Part shown: one piece after another, positions 48,652 to 59,007 of the stretch | How the letters are laid out: every line of letters starts with the position of its first letter | Numbering within the stretch: position 1 is the first letter of the stretch | Source of the DNA: an uncultured Clostridia bacterium | Lineage (GTDB): Bacteria > Bacillota > Clostridia > TANB77 > CAG-508 | Assembly: GCA_963557785.1 (NCBI GenBank) | Contig: CAUWBF010000004.1 | Span: 36,776-100,775 of the forward strand | Length of the DNA: 64,000 nt | Direction of reading: 5' to 3' | Translations under genes and position numbers: made by a program | Notes under the pieces: model-generated | The model's database searches: none | Told to the model about the DNA's origin: nothing | What the model saw: the letters and a program-made list of their open reading frames with translations, nothing else

Positions 48652-48690
48652 AAGAGAATATTACTAATTGTAATATTCTCTTTTTTAAAA
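48652..48690. terminator. Bidirectional terminator (AAGAGAATATTAC-TAATT-GTAATATTCTCTT plus T-run)
   Basis: Perfect 13 bp inverted repeat between convergent dnaE and mgtA. Confidence 0.55.
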
Positions 48691-48692
48691 TA

Positions 48693-51311
48693 TTAAATCC
48701 ATTCTCCATATTTTTTAATATAAATTCTTTTTGCAAATAAAGCAACTACACAATAAAGAATAGGAACTAAAATTATTACTGATAAATATTGTATTGGCAT
48801 TGCAACTAATCCTATAAAGCTTCCTAAAGGAGTAAATGGAACTAAAATAGCTATAATACTTAACAAAATAGATGTTACATATACCATTTTTGATGCATTA
48901 CTTTGAATAAATGGTATTTTACTAGTTCTTATAATGTGCAATCCAACTAAGTTAGAAACAACACCATAAGAGAACCAAATTGTTTGGAAAAGGCTACTGT
49001 CAGGAAGTCTTAATCTAAATACAAACCATAATGTTGCAAAAACTATAAGATCAAAACATGAGCTTAATGGTCCCATAAAAGTCATAAAATGTTTTAAACT
49101 ATTCATATCCCATTTTTTTGGACTACTTAAATAATCTGCATCAACATTATCAAAAGGAAGAGAAAGCTGACCAATATCATACAATAAACTTTGTACCAAT
49201 AATTGAATTGGTGTTATAGGGAAGAAAGGTAATAGTATGCTTGCAATAAGAACAGATAAAACTTCTCCAAAATTAAAGCTTATTGCCATTTTTATATATT
49301 TTAATAAATTTGCAAAAGTTCTTCTACCTTCTGTTACACCATCTAATAAAACATTTAAATCTTTTTCTAATAGGATAATATCAGCCGTCTCTTTAGCTAT
49401 GTCTACTGCAGTATCTACAGATATTCCAACATCTGAATTAGTAAGAGAAGGAGTATCGTTAATTCCGTCTCCCATATATCCAACAACATTTCCGCTTTCT
49501 TTAAGTAATCTTACAATTCTAGCTTTTTGGATAGGAGATAATTTAGTAAATACATTTACTTTTTTTAGTAATCTTGTTAAAGCAAGATCAGATAATTTAT
49601 CTATTTCACTCCCAGTAACAAATTTAGGGGTTTTAATATTTACTTTTTTACATATAGATTCTGTAACTTCTGAATTATCACCAGTTAAAACAATAACTCT
49701 TACTCCAGCTTTATTTAGTTTTTCTACAGCTAATTTTGCAGTTTCTTTTGGAGGATCAAGAAAACCAATAAATCCTAGTAAAACCATATTATTTTCATCA
49801 GATACTTGGAAAGAATCAATATTTTCTATATCATTTTTTTGACATACTGCAACAACTCTCATTCCATCCTTATTTAACTTTTTAGATATATTTCTAATAT
49901 TTTCTTTAATCGAATTAGTAATAGGAGAAACGGTTCCTTTGTAATCTACTAAAGAGCAAATACTTAATATTTCTTCAACAGCACCTTTAGTTATAAGTTG
50001 CTTTTTTATTCCATCTGTTACAACTACAGATAATCTTCTTCTAGTAAAATCAAATGGAATTTCATCAATTTTTGTATATTTATCTTTTAAATTTCCTAGG
50101 TTATTTTCTAATCCTCTGTTTATAACAGCTGTATCTATATTTCCTTTTAAACCAGTTTGAAAATATGAATTTAAAAAGGCATGCTTTAAAATTCTTATAT
50201 CCTCATCACCTTTTATATCTAAATATTTTTCAAGGACAATTTTATCTTCTGTTAAAGTTCCTGTTTTATCTGTACATAAAATGTTCATAGCTCCAAGACT
50301 TTGTATAGAATCTAATTTTTTAACAATCGTTTTCTTTTTGGACATTCTAACGGCACCTTTTGATAAACTAGAAGATAATATAACAGGAAGTAAAAGTGGT
50401 GTTATTCCGATTGCAATAGCAACTGAAAAAGTGAAAGCTATTAATATGTCATGTTTCCAAGCATTTGCAATTAAAGTAATTGGTATAATAATGAGCATAA
50501 ATCTGATTAATAGTTTACTTATATTAGAAATTCCCATTTCAAAGCTAGTTTTAGGTTTACCAAGAGTTAATGTATGAGCAACTTTACCAAAATAAGTATC
50601 GTCAGCAATTTTTATTACTGCACCTTTAGCAGAACCACTAATTACATTTGTACCCATAAAGCAAATTGTATCTAAATCTGTTATACTTTCGATTTCATCA
50701 ATACTAGTAAGTTCAGATTTACTTAATTTTTTTACTGCATCAGATTCCCCAGTTATAGAGGACTGACCAACATATAAATCTTTTGATTCGATTATTCTTA
50801 AATCTGCAGGGACCATATCACCGGCAGATAAAATTACAATATCGCCAAGAGTTATTTCTTTATTTGGTATTTGTATTTTTTCTCCATTTCTTAATACGAT
50901 TGTTGTAGTTGCAACCATTTCTTTTAATTTTTCAGCAGCTTTATTTGAACGATACTCCTCAAAGAATTCAAGTAAAGTACTAACTGCAACTAATATAACT
51001 ATTACTATAATATTTGCAGGACTTGGATTTTCCGGTAAAATTATATCTGTATATATTAATATAAAAGATATACCTAAAAGAATTAAATTAAATGGACTAA
51101 AAAGGCTTCCAAAGAAATAATTATACCATTTTTTAGGCTTAGCCTGTTTTATTTCGTTTTTACCAAAACGAGATTGATTAGATATTGAATCAGCATATGT
51201 TAGACCATTGGAATCTAAATTGTTATTGGATATAAATTCTGAAACTGAAGATATGCAGTCGTCTCCATAGACTTCTCTTACATTTATATCTTCCTTTTTA
51301 ATAGTTTTCAT
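48693..51311 (-). CDS. mgtA: Magnesium-translocating P-type ATPase
   Basis: DKTGTLT phosphorylation motif, a GDGINDTP hinge and about 10 TM segments. The start is chosen at the ATG (MKTIKK) preceded by AGAAGG. Confidence 0.9.
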   Translation of the reverse strand: MKTIKKEDINVREVYGDDCISSVSEFISNNNLDSNGLTYADSISNQSRFGKNEIKQAKPKKWYNYFFGSLFSPFNLILLGISFILIYTDIILPENPSPANIIVIVILVAVSTLLEFFEEYRSNKAAEKLKEMVATTTIVLRNGEKIQIPNKEITLGDIVILSAGDMVPADLRIIESKDLYVGQSSITGESDAVKKLSKSELTSIDEIESITDLDTICFMGTNVISGSAKGAVIKIADDTYFGKVAHTLTLGKPKTSFEMGISNISKLLIRFMLIIIPITLIANAWKHDILIAFTFSVAIAIGITPLLLPVILSSSLSKGAVRMSKKKTIVKKLDSIQSLGAMNILCTDKTGTLTEDKIVLEKYLDIKGDEDIRILKHAFLNSYFQTGLKGNIDTAVINRGLENNLGNLKDKYTKIDEIPFDFTRRRLSVVVTDGIKKQLITKGAVEEILSICSLVDYKGTVSPITNSIKENIRNISKKLNKDGMRVVAVCQKNDIENIDSFQVSDENNMVLLGFIGFLDPPKETAKLAVEKLNKAGVRVIVLTGDNSEVTESICKKVNIKTPKFVTGSEIDKLSDLALTRLLKKVNVFTKLSPIQKARIVRLLKESGNVVGYMGDGINDTPSLTNSDVGISVDTAVDIAKETADIILLEKDLNVLLDGVTEGRRTFANLLKYIKMAISFNFGEVLSVLIASILLPFFPITPIQLLVQSLLYDIGQLSLPFDNVDADYLSSPKKWDMNSLKHFMTFMGPLSSCFDLIVFATLWFVFRLRLPDSSLFQTIWFSYGVVSNLVGLHIIRTSKIPFIQSNASKMVYVTSILLSIIAILVPFTPLGSFIGLVAMPIQYLSVIILVPILYCVVALFAKRIYIKKYGEWI

Positions 51312-51380
51312 TATGTACAACCTTCTTTCTTTAGTATAAATATCAATAATAAGTATAACACTAATTATAAAAAATAAACA

Positions 51381-51410
51381 AAAAAATTAGGATAATTTAA
51401 ATTATCCTAA
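51381..51410 (-). terminator. Rho-independent terminator for the glycosyltransferase gene (GGATAATTTAAATTATCC plus T-run on the minus strand)
   Basis: Perfect palindrome that includes the stop codon, followed by T7 on the minus strand. Confidence 0.5.
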
Positions 51411-52526
51411 TAATATTTTACATATATCTTTAGTAGAGTATCTCTTCGAAAGAATACGAGCACGTATTTTCATTTCACGCATTTTATCTGGATTGCTAAA
51501 AATGCTTTGAAGAGTTTCTCTAATATCCATATCTTTTTTTAACCAAACTGCGACACCTTTTTTCTCAAGATAAGCAGCGTTTTCTTCTTCTTGACCAGGA
51601 ATAGGATTTATAACAATAATTGGTACGCCAGATGCAATACTTTCTGTTGTTGTAAGTCCTCCCGGTTTTGTAACGACTAAATCTGAGATACTCATAAGTT
51701 CTGGAATTTCATTTGTATATTCAAGAATAGTAACGTTATTTTCTGTATGACTATCTTTTACAATGTCTTCAAATTTCTTTTTCATTTTAATATTTTTTCC
51801 AGATATTGCAACTATTTGAATATCATTAAAATCTGTTACAAAAGATCTTAATATATCTAAAGTACGACTTTTTCCTAAACCAAATTCTCCTCCACCAAAA
51901 AATAAGACAGTTCTTTTATTAGGTTCTAGTCCAAAATGTTTTAGTAATTCTTCTTTATCATAATGAATTAGAAATTTATTAGATAAAGGAATACCTGTAG
52001 AATATATTTTATTATTTGGTATACCTTCATCATGAAGAGCTTTTTTCATACCTTCATGAGCAACAAAAAAATAATCAACATATTCATTTCCAACTAACCA
52101 TTGTTCATGTGGTGCATAATCTGTTAAAATAGTTGCTATTTTGCAATTTATTTTTTCTCTTTTCTTTAAAAAGCTACACATTTGATTTGAAAATGGATGT
52201 GTAGAAATAATTAGCTCTGGTTTTTTTTCTTCAATTAGTTTTTTTAATTTAACTGCCATAATCTTATTTGAAGAAGAACTTATTTGTGCAAGGGGACCTT
52301 TTTGAGATTTATAATAAACTCTACCCCAAGCCCAAGGTGCATTTTTTGCCATCTCTTTATAAGCAGTTGTTGTAACTTTTTCTATACCTTTATTAATATA
52401 CTTCATACAATCTATAAGTTCAGCATCAACATCCGGATAATCTGAAGCAATATACTCTTTAATGGATTTTGCAGCTGATAAATGCCCGCCACCATATGAA
52501 GCATAGAATATTAATACTTTTCTCAT
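51402..52526 (-). CDS. Diacylglycerol glycosyltransferase (MGDG synthase / UgtP-like, GT28 family)
   Basis: MGDG_synth-like N-terminus (KVLIFYASYGGGH) and a C-terminal GT-B domain. The start is chosen at MRKVLIF. Confidence 0.7.
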   Translation of the reverse strand: MRKVLIFYASYGGGHLSAAKSIKEYIASDYPDVDAELIDCMKYINKGIEKVTTTAYKEMAKNAPWAWGRVYYKSQKGPLAQISSSSNKIMAVKLKKLIEEKKPELIISTHPFSNQMCSFLKKREKINCKIATILTDYAPHEQWLVGNEYVDYFFVAHEGMKKALHDEGIPNNKIYSTGIPLSNKFLIHYDKEELLKHFGLEPNKRTVLFFGGGEFGLGKSRTLDILRSFVTDFNDIQIVAISGKNIKMKKKFEDIVKDSHTENNVTILEYTNEIPELMSISDLVVTKPGGLTTTESIASGVPIIVINPIPGQEEENAAYLEKKGVAVWLKKDMDIRETLQSIFSNPDKMREMKIRARILSKRYSTKDICKILLG

Positions 52527-52630
52527 TTTTATTCTCCTAAATAAAAGTTTTAAACATTGTATCATAAAAAAATGAATAAAAAAAGAAAAAATATACAAAA
52601 TATGTTTAAAAGAAAATTTTAGGAGGAATT

Positions 52631-53101
52631 ATGAAGAGAATAACACAAATATTTTTTCTTATTTTAATTTTTACCATATTATTAATATTACTAATTAATA
52701 TCACTGGAAGCAATAATAATTCTTATGCTGCACAAACATCAGGAACTTCAGACATTCAACTTATGGCAAGAGCAATAAATGGTGAAGCAAGAGGAGAACC
52801 ATATGAAGGACAAGTTGCAGTGGGTGCAGTTATTTTAAATAGAGTAAAAAGTTCAAAATTTCCAAATACTATTGCAGGAGTAATATATGAAAAAGGTGCT
52901 TTTACAGCAGTAAGCGATGGCCAAATAAATGTGCCAATAGCAGAAAATTCCACTGTATATAAAGCAGCAAGAGATGCGATGAACGGATGGGATCCAACAG
53001 GAGGAGCGATATATTATTTTAATCCAGATACTGCTACAAATAAATGGATCTGGTCAAGACCTTTAATAAAGACAATAGGTAAACATAGATTTTGTAGATA
53101 A
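52631..53101 (+). CDS. sleB: Spore cortex-lytic enzyme, SleB/CwlJ-type Hydrolase_2 domain
   Basis: A signal peptide plus the Hydrolase_2 catalytic core (LMARAINGEARGEPYEGQVAVGAVILNR), directly followed by ypeB. Confidence 0.7.
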   Translation: MKRITQIFFLILIFTILLILLINITGSNNNSYAAQTSGTSDIQLMARAINGEARGEPYEGQVAVGAVILNRVKSSKFPNTIAGVIYEKGAFTAVSDGQINVPIAENSTVYKAARDAMNGWDPTGGAIYYFNPDTATNKWIWSRPLIKTIGKHRFCR

Positions 53102-53118
53102 AAAAGGAGAATAGATTT

Positions 53119-54513
53119 ATGAATATTAAAGAAAAATTAATAGACTGGAAAAATAGATTAAAAGATACTCATATGCTTAGCGTAATAGTAGTACTATTTT
53201 CAATAATAGTTATATTAGGAGTATATGCATATAAAAAGCAAAGAGAATTTAGACAAGCCTCTGAAAACTCATATAATATGGCATTTTATGAATTGGTAGA
53301 TTATGTACAAAATGTGGAAAACTATTTAGGAAAATCATTAATTTCCACAACTCCTGAACATGGAGCTGAAACATTAACTAGAGTATGGAGAGAAGCAAAC
53401 TTAGCACAAGCATATTTAGCACAACTTCCAATAGAAAGTAATGAGCTAGAAAACACATCAAAATTTTTAAATCAAGTAAGTGATTATAGTTATTCATTAT
53501 CCAGAAAGAATATATATAATGAATCTTTAAGCCAAGAAGATTTAGATAATTTAAAACAATTACATGATTATAGCGTAAATTTAGAGAATACGTTAACTCA
53601 ATTATCAGAAGATATAAATAATGGAAGAATAAAATGGGGAGAATTAACTAAAAAAGGAACAACAGCTTTTGCAACTCAAGTAAGTAATATCTCAAAAGAT
53701 AGTTTTAGTAATTTAGAAGAAACTTTTCACGAATATGCAGGTTTAATATATGATGGAGCTTTTTCAGAACATATAACAAAAGCTGAAAAAGTTGGTCTTA
53801 CAGGAGATAATATTTCAGAAGAAGAAGCAAAAAATATAGCAAAAAATTTTATTGGAGAAAGTAATATAGAAGAAATAACAATGAATGGATTAAGTGAAAA
53901 TACAGAAATGCCAACATATGATTTTGATATAAAATTAAAAGATAAAAATAAAGATGAAAATACTATGTCTTTATCTATAAGTCAAAAAGGTGGGCATATA
54001 GTATTTAGTAACTATAATAGAAAAGTAGAAGCGGAAACTATAGATTATAATAAAGCAAATGAATATGGAATTAATTATTTACAATCAAAAGGGTTTAATA
54101 ATATGAAGGAAACATATTATTTAAAACAAGATGGAATTTTAACTATTAACTATGCATACAATCAAGATGGCGTAATTGCTTATCCAGATTTAATAAAAGT
54201 TAAAATTGCTTTAGATAATGGAGAAATATTAGGAATAGAAACAACAGGATATCTAAATTCACATATGACAAGAAAAAATACAACTCCAAAAATATCAAAA
54301 GAAGAAGCTAAAAAAACATTAAATAAAAACTTAAATATAGAATATGAAGGACTAGCAATAATTCCTACAGAATTTAAAACAGAAGTATTATGTTGGGAAT
54401 TTAAAGGAAAAATTGATGATACAGAATTTTTAGTATATATAAATGCAGAAAATGGTAGAGAAGAAGATATTCTTACTATTGTAAATACACCGGATGGAGT
54501 TTTAACAATGTAA
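53119..54513 (+). CDS. ypeB: Germination protein YpeB
   Basis: N-terminal TM helix, a YpeB-like N-domain and C-terminal PepSY-like repeats. The sleB-ypeB operon architecture is present. Confidence 0.7.
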   Translation: MNIKEKLIDWKNRLKDTHMLSVIVVLFSIIVILGVYAYKKQREFRQASENSYNMAFYELVDYVQNVENYLGKSLISTTPEHGAETLTRVWREANLAQAYLAQLPIESNELENTSKFLNQVSDYSYSLSRKNIYNESLSQEDLDNLKQLHDYSVNLENTLTQLSEDINNGRIKWGELTKKGTTAFATQVSNISKDSFSNLEETFHEYAGLIYDGAFSEHITKAEKVGLTGDNISEEEAKNIAKNFIGESNIEEITMNGLSENTEMPTYDFDIKLKDKNKDENTMSLSISQKGGHIVFSNYNRKVEAETIDYNKANEYGINYLQSKGFNNMKETYYLKQDGILTINYAYNQDGVIAYPDLIKVKIALDNGEILGIETTGYLNSHMTRKNTTPKISKEEAKKTLNKNLNIEYEGLAIIPTEFKTEVLCWEFKGKIDDTEFLVYINAENGREEDILTIVNTPDGVLTM

Positions 54514-54632
54514 GAAAAAAATAGAAAAAAATCAAAAAATTGAAATAATAAAAAAATGCTATTAAGAAATAATAATTATTAAGGAAAATGATTAATATTA
54601 TTTTTCTAATAATTTATTAGGAGGTGTATTAT

Positions 54633-54803
54633 ATGTCTAGAAATAGAAATATAATGTCACAAAATTTAAAAGAAGAAATAGCTAAAGAATTAGGAGTATA
54701 TGAAACAGTAAAAAGAGATGGTGGATGGCAAAACGTTTCATCAAAAGACTGTGGTAATATAGTAACAAAAGCAATAGAGATAGCAAATAGAAACGTAAAA
54801 TAG
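54633..54803 (+). CDS. Small acid-soluble spore protein, alpha/beta type (56 aa); absent from the ORF track because it is under 60 aa
   Basis: MSRNRNIMSQNLKEEIAKELGVYETVKRDGGWQNVSSKDCGNIVTKAIEIANRNVK carries both conserved alpha/beta-SASP blocks (EIAxELGV and GxxxSxxxGxxV). A GGAGG RBS lies 8 nt upstream. Confidence 0.8.
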   Translation: MSRNRNIMSQNLKEEIAKELGVYETVKRDGGWQNVSSKDCGNIVTKAIEIANRNVK

Positions 54804-54891
54804 ATTTCTACAATATGGCAAATTTGAAAAAATGCCTAATTTATGGTAAAATTAAAGTAATTTAATATTCTGGGGATATATTAAAAATAAA

Positions 54892-55695
54892 ATGAATAGG
54901 AGACCAAGCAATATGAAAATAACAATACCAGATAACATTAAAAAATGGACGGAGCGGATAGCAGAAGAATATAAGCAAGTATATGAAGACATATGCGAAG
55001 CAAGGGCTACTACTAAAAAAATAAACGAAGAAACGTATTGGAAGATGGAAGTAGGTGATTTGACCTATGTGAATGCAGAATGTTACTTATTTCTTTCACA
55101 AGCAGTACAGCAATTTAGAGAAGAGATGGACGAACAAAATACAGAACTTTTCCAGGATTGCGATGAAGATACACTAAAAAGAAGAATTATCTTTAGGATA
55201 AAAGAGTATGCGGAATATCTGCCAGCTGAAAATTATAGTAGAGCAGACAAAGATGTAATTTGCGATGAAAAGCTTACAAAAGTTCTCAACCAAAAAAGAT
55301 TTCCAAAGGGAGTAAAAAAAGAAGTAGAAGAATTGCTTTATTTTATCTCACAGAGGAAAACCGGCAGTTGGAGTGCTGAAGATCAGGATATTAAAAGAGC
55401 AATCTTTAAGTATGTTGAAAGCGAGGAAAAACTGTTAGAACTTTTGGAAGATCAAGAAAATATAGAACTTACACCTGGATACCGCAAAGCTTTTAAAGAA
55501 ATTCGAGTGGTGTACCACGAAAAGAGCAAAAAAGAGCTGTATGAAGAAAGAGGAGTATTAAAACAGTATCAAGAGTTCTTACAAAAGAACCTTTGGAATG
55601 GTCATCTCCCTAACGAATTAGAGGTCTTTGACAAGTGGAACGACATTAAATGGACAGGAGTTTATTATGTTTTTATTCCAAAAATGAAAAAGTAG
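54892..55695 (+). CDS. Hypothetical cytoplasmic protein (267 aa); gene with elevated GC
   Basis: GGAG RBS. GC content is visibly higher than in neighbouring genes. No family is recognised. Confidence 0.5.
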   Translation: MNRRPSNMKITIPDNIKKWTERIAEEYKQVYEDICEARATTKKINEETYWKMEVGDLTYVNAECYLFLSQAVQQFREEMDEQNTELFQDCDEDTLKRRIIFRIKEYAEYLPAENYSRADKDVICDEKLTKVLNQKRFPKGVKKEVEELLYFISQRKTGSWSAEDQDIKRAIFKYVESEEKLLELLEDQENIELTPGYRKAFKEIRVVYHEKSKKELYEERGVLKQYQEFLQKNLWNGHLPNELEVFDKWNDIKWTGVYYVFIPKMKK

Positions 55696-55720
55696 TATAA
55701 GAATAAAAAAAATCCCCAAA

Positions 55721-55748
55721 GAGCACATGAAACTCATGTGCTTTTTTA
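55721..55748 (+). terminator. Rho-independent terminator (AGCACATG-AAACT-CATGTGCT plus TTTTTT)
   Basis: Perfect 8 bp stem followed by a T-run. Confidence 0.6.
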
Positions 55749-55854
55749 ATTTTAAATTTAACTAAAATAAAGAAACTAGCTTTTTTATATATATTGAGTT
55801 ATAATGCCAATTGAATTTAAATATTATATAAAAAAACAAAGAGGAGATTTTAGA

Positions 55855-57240
55855 ATGAAAAAAGTTTTCATAAAAGATATTTTAAAGGTAACAAATGGAA
55901 AACTTCTAACTGGAAACTTAGAAGATGAATGTATAGATTTTTCAAAAGATACAAGAGAAATAAAAAAAGATGATACTTTTGTAGGAATTAAAGGAGAAAG
56001 ATTTAATAGTAATTTATTATATAAAGATGCATTAGATAGAGGTGCAAAAACTTGTATATTACAAGATGTAGAAATTTCAAAAGAGGATTTAGAAAAATAT
56101 AAAGATAAAAATATTATAATAGTAGATAATACAATAGAAGCTATAGGAAAAATTGCAGGATATAAAAGAAGTCTTTATAATATACCGGTTATAGCGGTTA
56201 CTGGTAGTGTGGGAAAAACCAGTACTAAAGATATAATTGCAAGTGTTGTAGCCCAAAAATATAATGTTTTAAAAACACAAGGAAATCTTAACAATGATAT
56301 AGGACTACCATTTACTATTTTGGGATTAAAAGAACATACAGCACTAGTTGTAGAAATGGGAATGAATCATTTTGGAGAAATAGATTATTTAACTAATATA
56401 GCAAAACCAACTGTTGCAGTTATTACAAATATTGGAACAACTCATATTGGAAATTTAGGATCAAGAGAAAATATTTTAAAAGCAAAACTAGAAATATTAA
56501 ATGGCTTACAAGAAAATGGAACAGTTATTATAAATAATGATACAGACTTATTAAATAAATGGGCTAAAGCAGACATAAACTATAAAAAAATTACATATGG
56601 TATAGAAGAAAAATCTAATATCATGGCATTTAACACATTAGTAAAAGAAAGTTATAGTACTTATAATACAGTGATAAATGAAAGTAAATATGATATTGAA
56701 GTACCAATAAGCGGAAAACATTTTATATATAATAGTTTAAGTAGTATAGCTGTTGGAGTTGCTTTAGGTATAGATATGAATTTAATACAAAAAGGAATAA
56801 AAGAATTTGAACTTACAAAAAAAAGAATGGATCTACAAAAAATAAAAAATAATATTACAGTTATAAATGATTCATATAATGCAAGTTATGATTCTATGAA
56901 AGCAGCATTAGAATATTTAGGAGAAATAAAAGGGAATAAAAAAATTGCAGTTTTAGGGGATATGCTAGAACTAGGAGAATATTCAGAAAAATTACATAGA
57001 CTTGTAGGAAAAGAAGTTGTTAAAAATAAAATAGATATTTTAATAACGATTGGAAAGCAAGCAAAATATATTGCAGAAGAAGCTAAAAAAGAAAATATGA
57101 ATAAGAATATATTTTTATGTGCTACAAATAAAGAAGCATATGATATATTAAAAAACAAAATGGAGGAAAATGATATTATTTTACTTAAAGCATCAAATGC
57201 ACTAAACTTGTCAGAGATATTAGAAATGCTAAAAAAATAA
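55855..57240 (+). CDS. murF: UDP-N-acetylmuramoyl-tripeptide--D-alanyl-D-alanine ligase MurF
   Basis: Mur ligase P-loop (GSVGKTSTKD). The start is chosen at MKKVFIKD after a GAGGAG RBS. Confidence 0.9.
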   Translation: MKKVFIKDILKVTNGKLLTGNLEDECIDFSKDTREIKKDDTFVGIKGERFNSNLLYKDALDRGAKTCILQDVEISKEDLEKYKDKNIIIVDNTIEAIGKIAGYKRSLYNIPVIAVTGSVGKTSTKDIIASVVAQKYNVLKTQGNLNNDIGLPFTILGLKEHTALVVEMGMNHFGEIDYLTNIAKPTVAVITNIGTTHIGNLGSRENILKAKLEILNGLQENGTVIINNDTDLLNKWAKADINYKKITYGIEEKSNIMAFNTLVKESYSTYNTVINESKYDIEVPISGKHFIYNSLSSIAVGVALGIDMNLIQKGIKEFELTKKRMDLQKIKNNITVINDSYNASYDSMKAALEYLGEIKGNKKIAVLGDMLELGEYSEKLHRLVGKEVVKNKIDILITIGKQAKYIAEEAKKENMNKNIFLCATNKEAYDILKNKMEENDIILLKASNALNLSEILEMLKK

Positions 57241-57252
57241 GGAGTGTTTTTA

Positions 57253-58305
57253 ATGTTAAAAGTGGCAATCATTTTTGGAGGAATGTCCACCGAACATGAT
57301 ATTTCTATAATATCAGGAACATCTATACTAAAGAATATAGACAAAGAAAAATACGAAATTTTTCCAATTTATATAAACAAAAGCGGAAAATGGTTTAAAT
57401 ATAAAGAAGATATAAAAAATATAAAAGTATATCAAATTGGAGAACAATTAAAAAAATTAGAACAAATAGATAATGTAATGGAATACTTAAGTAAAATGGA
57501 TTGCATTTTTCCTGTATTACATGGATTATATGGAGAAGATGGAACAATTCAAGGAATGTTTGAAATATTAAAAATACCATATGTAGGATGTAAAGTACTT
57601 AGTTCAAGTATCTCTATGGATAAAGCATATACAAAAATTATATTCGATAGAGCAAAACTGAAACAAGCAAGATATATTTATATAAAGAAAGTAGAAAATG
57701 ACTTTATTTACATAGATAATTGTTTTAATGAAATTAAAATAAAAATAGAAAATTTAGTAAATATAATAACTCAAAAAATAAAATTTCCCTTATTTATAAA
57801 ACCATCAAATTCTGGTTCATCTATAGGAGTTAATAAAGCAAATACAATAGATGAATTAATAAAAGCAATTAATTATGCCTCAAAATTCGATAATAAAATT
57901 CTAGTAGAGGAAGGAATTATTGGTAGAGAATTAGAATGTGCAGTAATAGGAAATGAAAACCTAGAAACTTCATGTGTTGGAGAAGTATTGTCAGCAGAAG
58001 AATTTTATTCATTTGATTCAAAATATAAGAATATAAAATCTATGACTGATATTCCAGCAAATATAAATAAAGAAGCGGAAGATAAAATTAGAAATATGGC
58101 TAAAAAAGCATTTAAGGCAGTAGATGGAAAAGGATTAGCAAGAGTAGATTTTTTTATAGAAAATAAGACTAGTGATATATATATAAATGAAATTAATACT
58201 ATGCCAGGATTTACGAATATAAGCATGTACCCAAAGCTATTCGAATTTGGAGGAGTTAAATATGGCAATTTATTAGATAAACTAATTGAATTATCTCTTT
58301 CTTAA
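57253..58305 (+). CDS. ddl: D-alanine--D-alanine ligase
   Basis: ATP-grasp protein with an N-terminus KVAIIFGGMSTEHDISI and a C-terminal E(I)NTMPGFT motif. Confidence 0.9.
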   Translation: MLKVAIIFGGMSTEHDISIISGTSILKNIDKEKYEIFPIYINKSGKWFKYKEDIKNIKVYQIGEQLKKLEQIDNVMEYLSKMDCIFPVLHGLYGEDGTIQGMFEILKIPYVGCKVLSSSISMDKAYTKIIFDRAKLKQARYIYIKKVENDFIYIDNCFNEIKIKIENLVNIITQKIKFPLFIKPSNSGSSIGVNKANTIDELIKAINYASKFDNKILVEEGIIGRELECAVIGNENLETSCVGEVLSAEEFYSFDSKYKNIKSMTDIPANINKEAEDKIRNMAKKAFKAVDGKGLARVDFFIENKTSDIYINEINTMPGFTNISMYPKLFEFGGVKYGNLLDKLIELSLS

Positions 58306-58375
58306 ATAATATAGAAAATTAATAAATAATATAATATAATAATGTAGAAGTTAGTAATAAATATGGAGGAAAAAG

Positions 58376-58954
58376 ATGGAATTAGAGGAAATAGTAAAAG
58401 ATGTAAAAACACATATGTCAGAGAGAAGATATGCTCACTCTTTAGGAGTAATGAAAAGAATAGAAGAATTAGCAAAGATATATGGAGTTGATGTTGAAAA
58501 AGCAAAAAAAGTTGGAATAGCACATGATATTGCAAAAGAAATGACAAAGCAAGAATCATTAAAATATGCAGATGAAAATGATATAGAATTAGATGAAATA
58601 GAAAAAGAAATTCCATATTTATTACACGGGAAAATTGGCGCAGACATGGCAAAAAAATTATATAATTTTGATGAACAAATGCAAAAAGCAATAATTTATC
58701 ACACAACAGGAAATCCAGAGATGGATATGTTAGCTAAGATATTATATGCGGCAGATAAAACAGAAGAAAACCGTAACTTCGCACAATATGATGTAGAATA
58801 TGAAAGAAACTTAGCAAACACTAATATTGATGAGGCACTAATTTTTATGTTAGGAGAAACAATAAAGTTTGGAGTAGATACAAAAAAACTTATACATCCT
58901 AATAGTCTTAATACAAGAAATACTTTATTAATAAAAATTCAAAAATCACTTTAA
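58376..58954 (+). CDS. yqeK: HD-domain bis(5'-nucleosyl)-tetraphosphatase YqeK
   Basis: HD motif (IAHDIAKE) and a YqeK-like N-terminus RRYAHSLGV, 192 aa. Confidence 0.8.
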   Translation: MELEEIVKDVKTHMSERRYAHSLGVMKRIEELAKIYGVDVEKAKKVGIAHDIAKEMTKQESLKYADENDIELDEIEKEIPYLLHGKIGADMAKKLYNFDEQMQKAIIYHTTGNPEMDMLAKILYAADKTEENRNFAQYDVEYERNLANTNIDEALIFMLGETIKFGVDTKKLIHPNSLNTRNTLLIKIQKSL

Positions 58955-59007
58955 AACCATAAATTTATGTGATATAATTTGTCTACCATGAAATTGGAGG
59001 ATGTCAA

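Noticed and set aside
48693-51400. Looked for an Mg2+ (M-box/ykoK) riboswitch upstream of mgtA.
   Set aside because: Only about 80 nt separate the mgtA start from the upstream gene, and that gap is occupied by the upstream gene's terminator hairpin. No M-box-sized structured leader fits.
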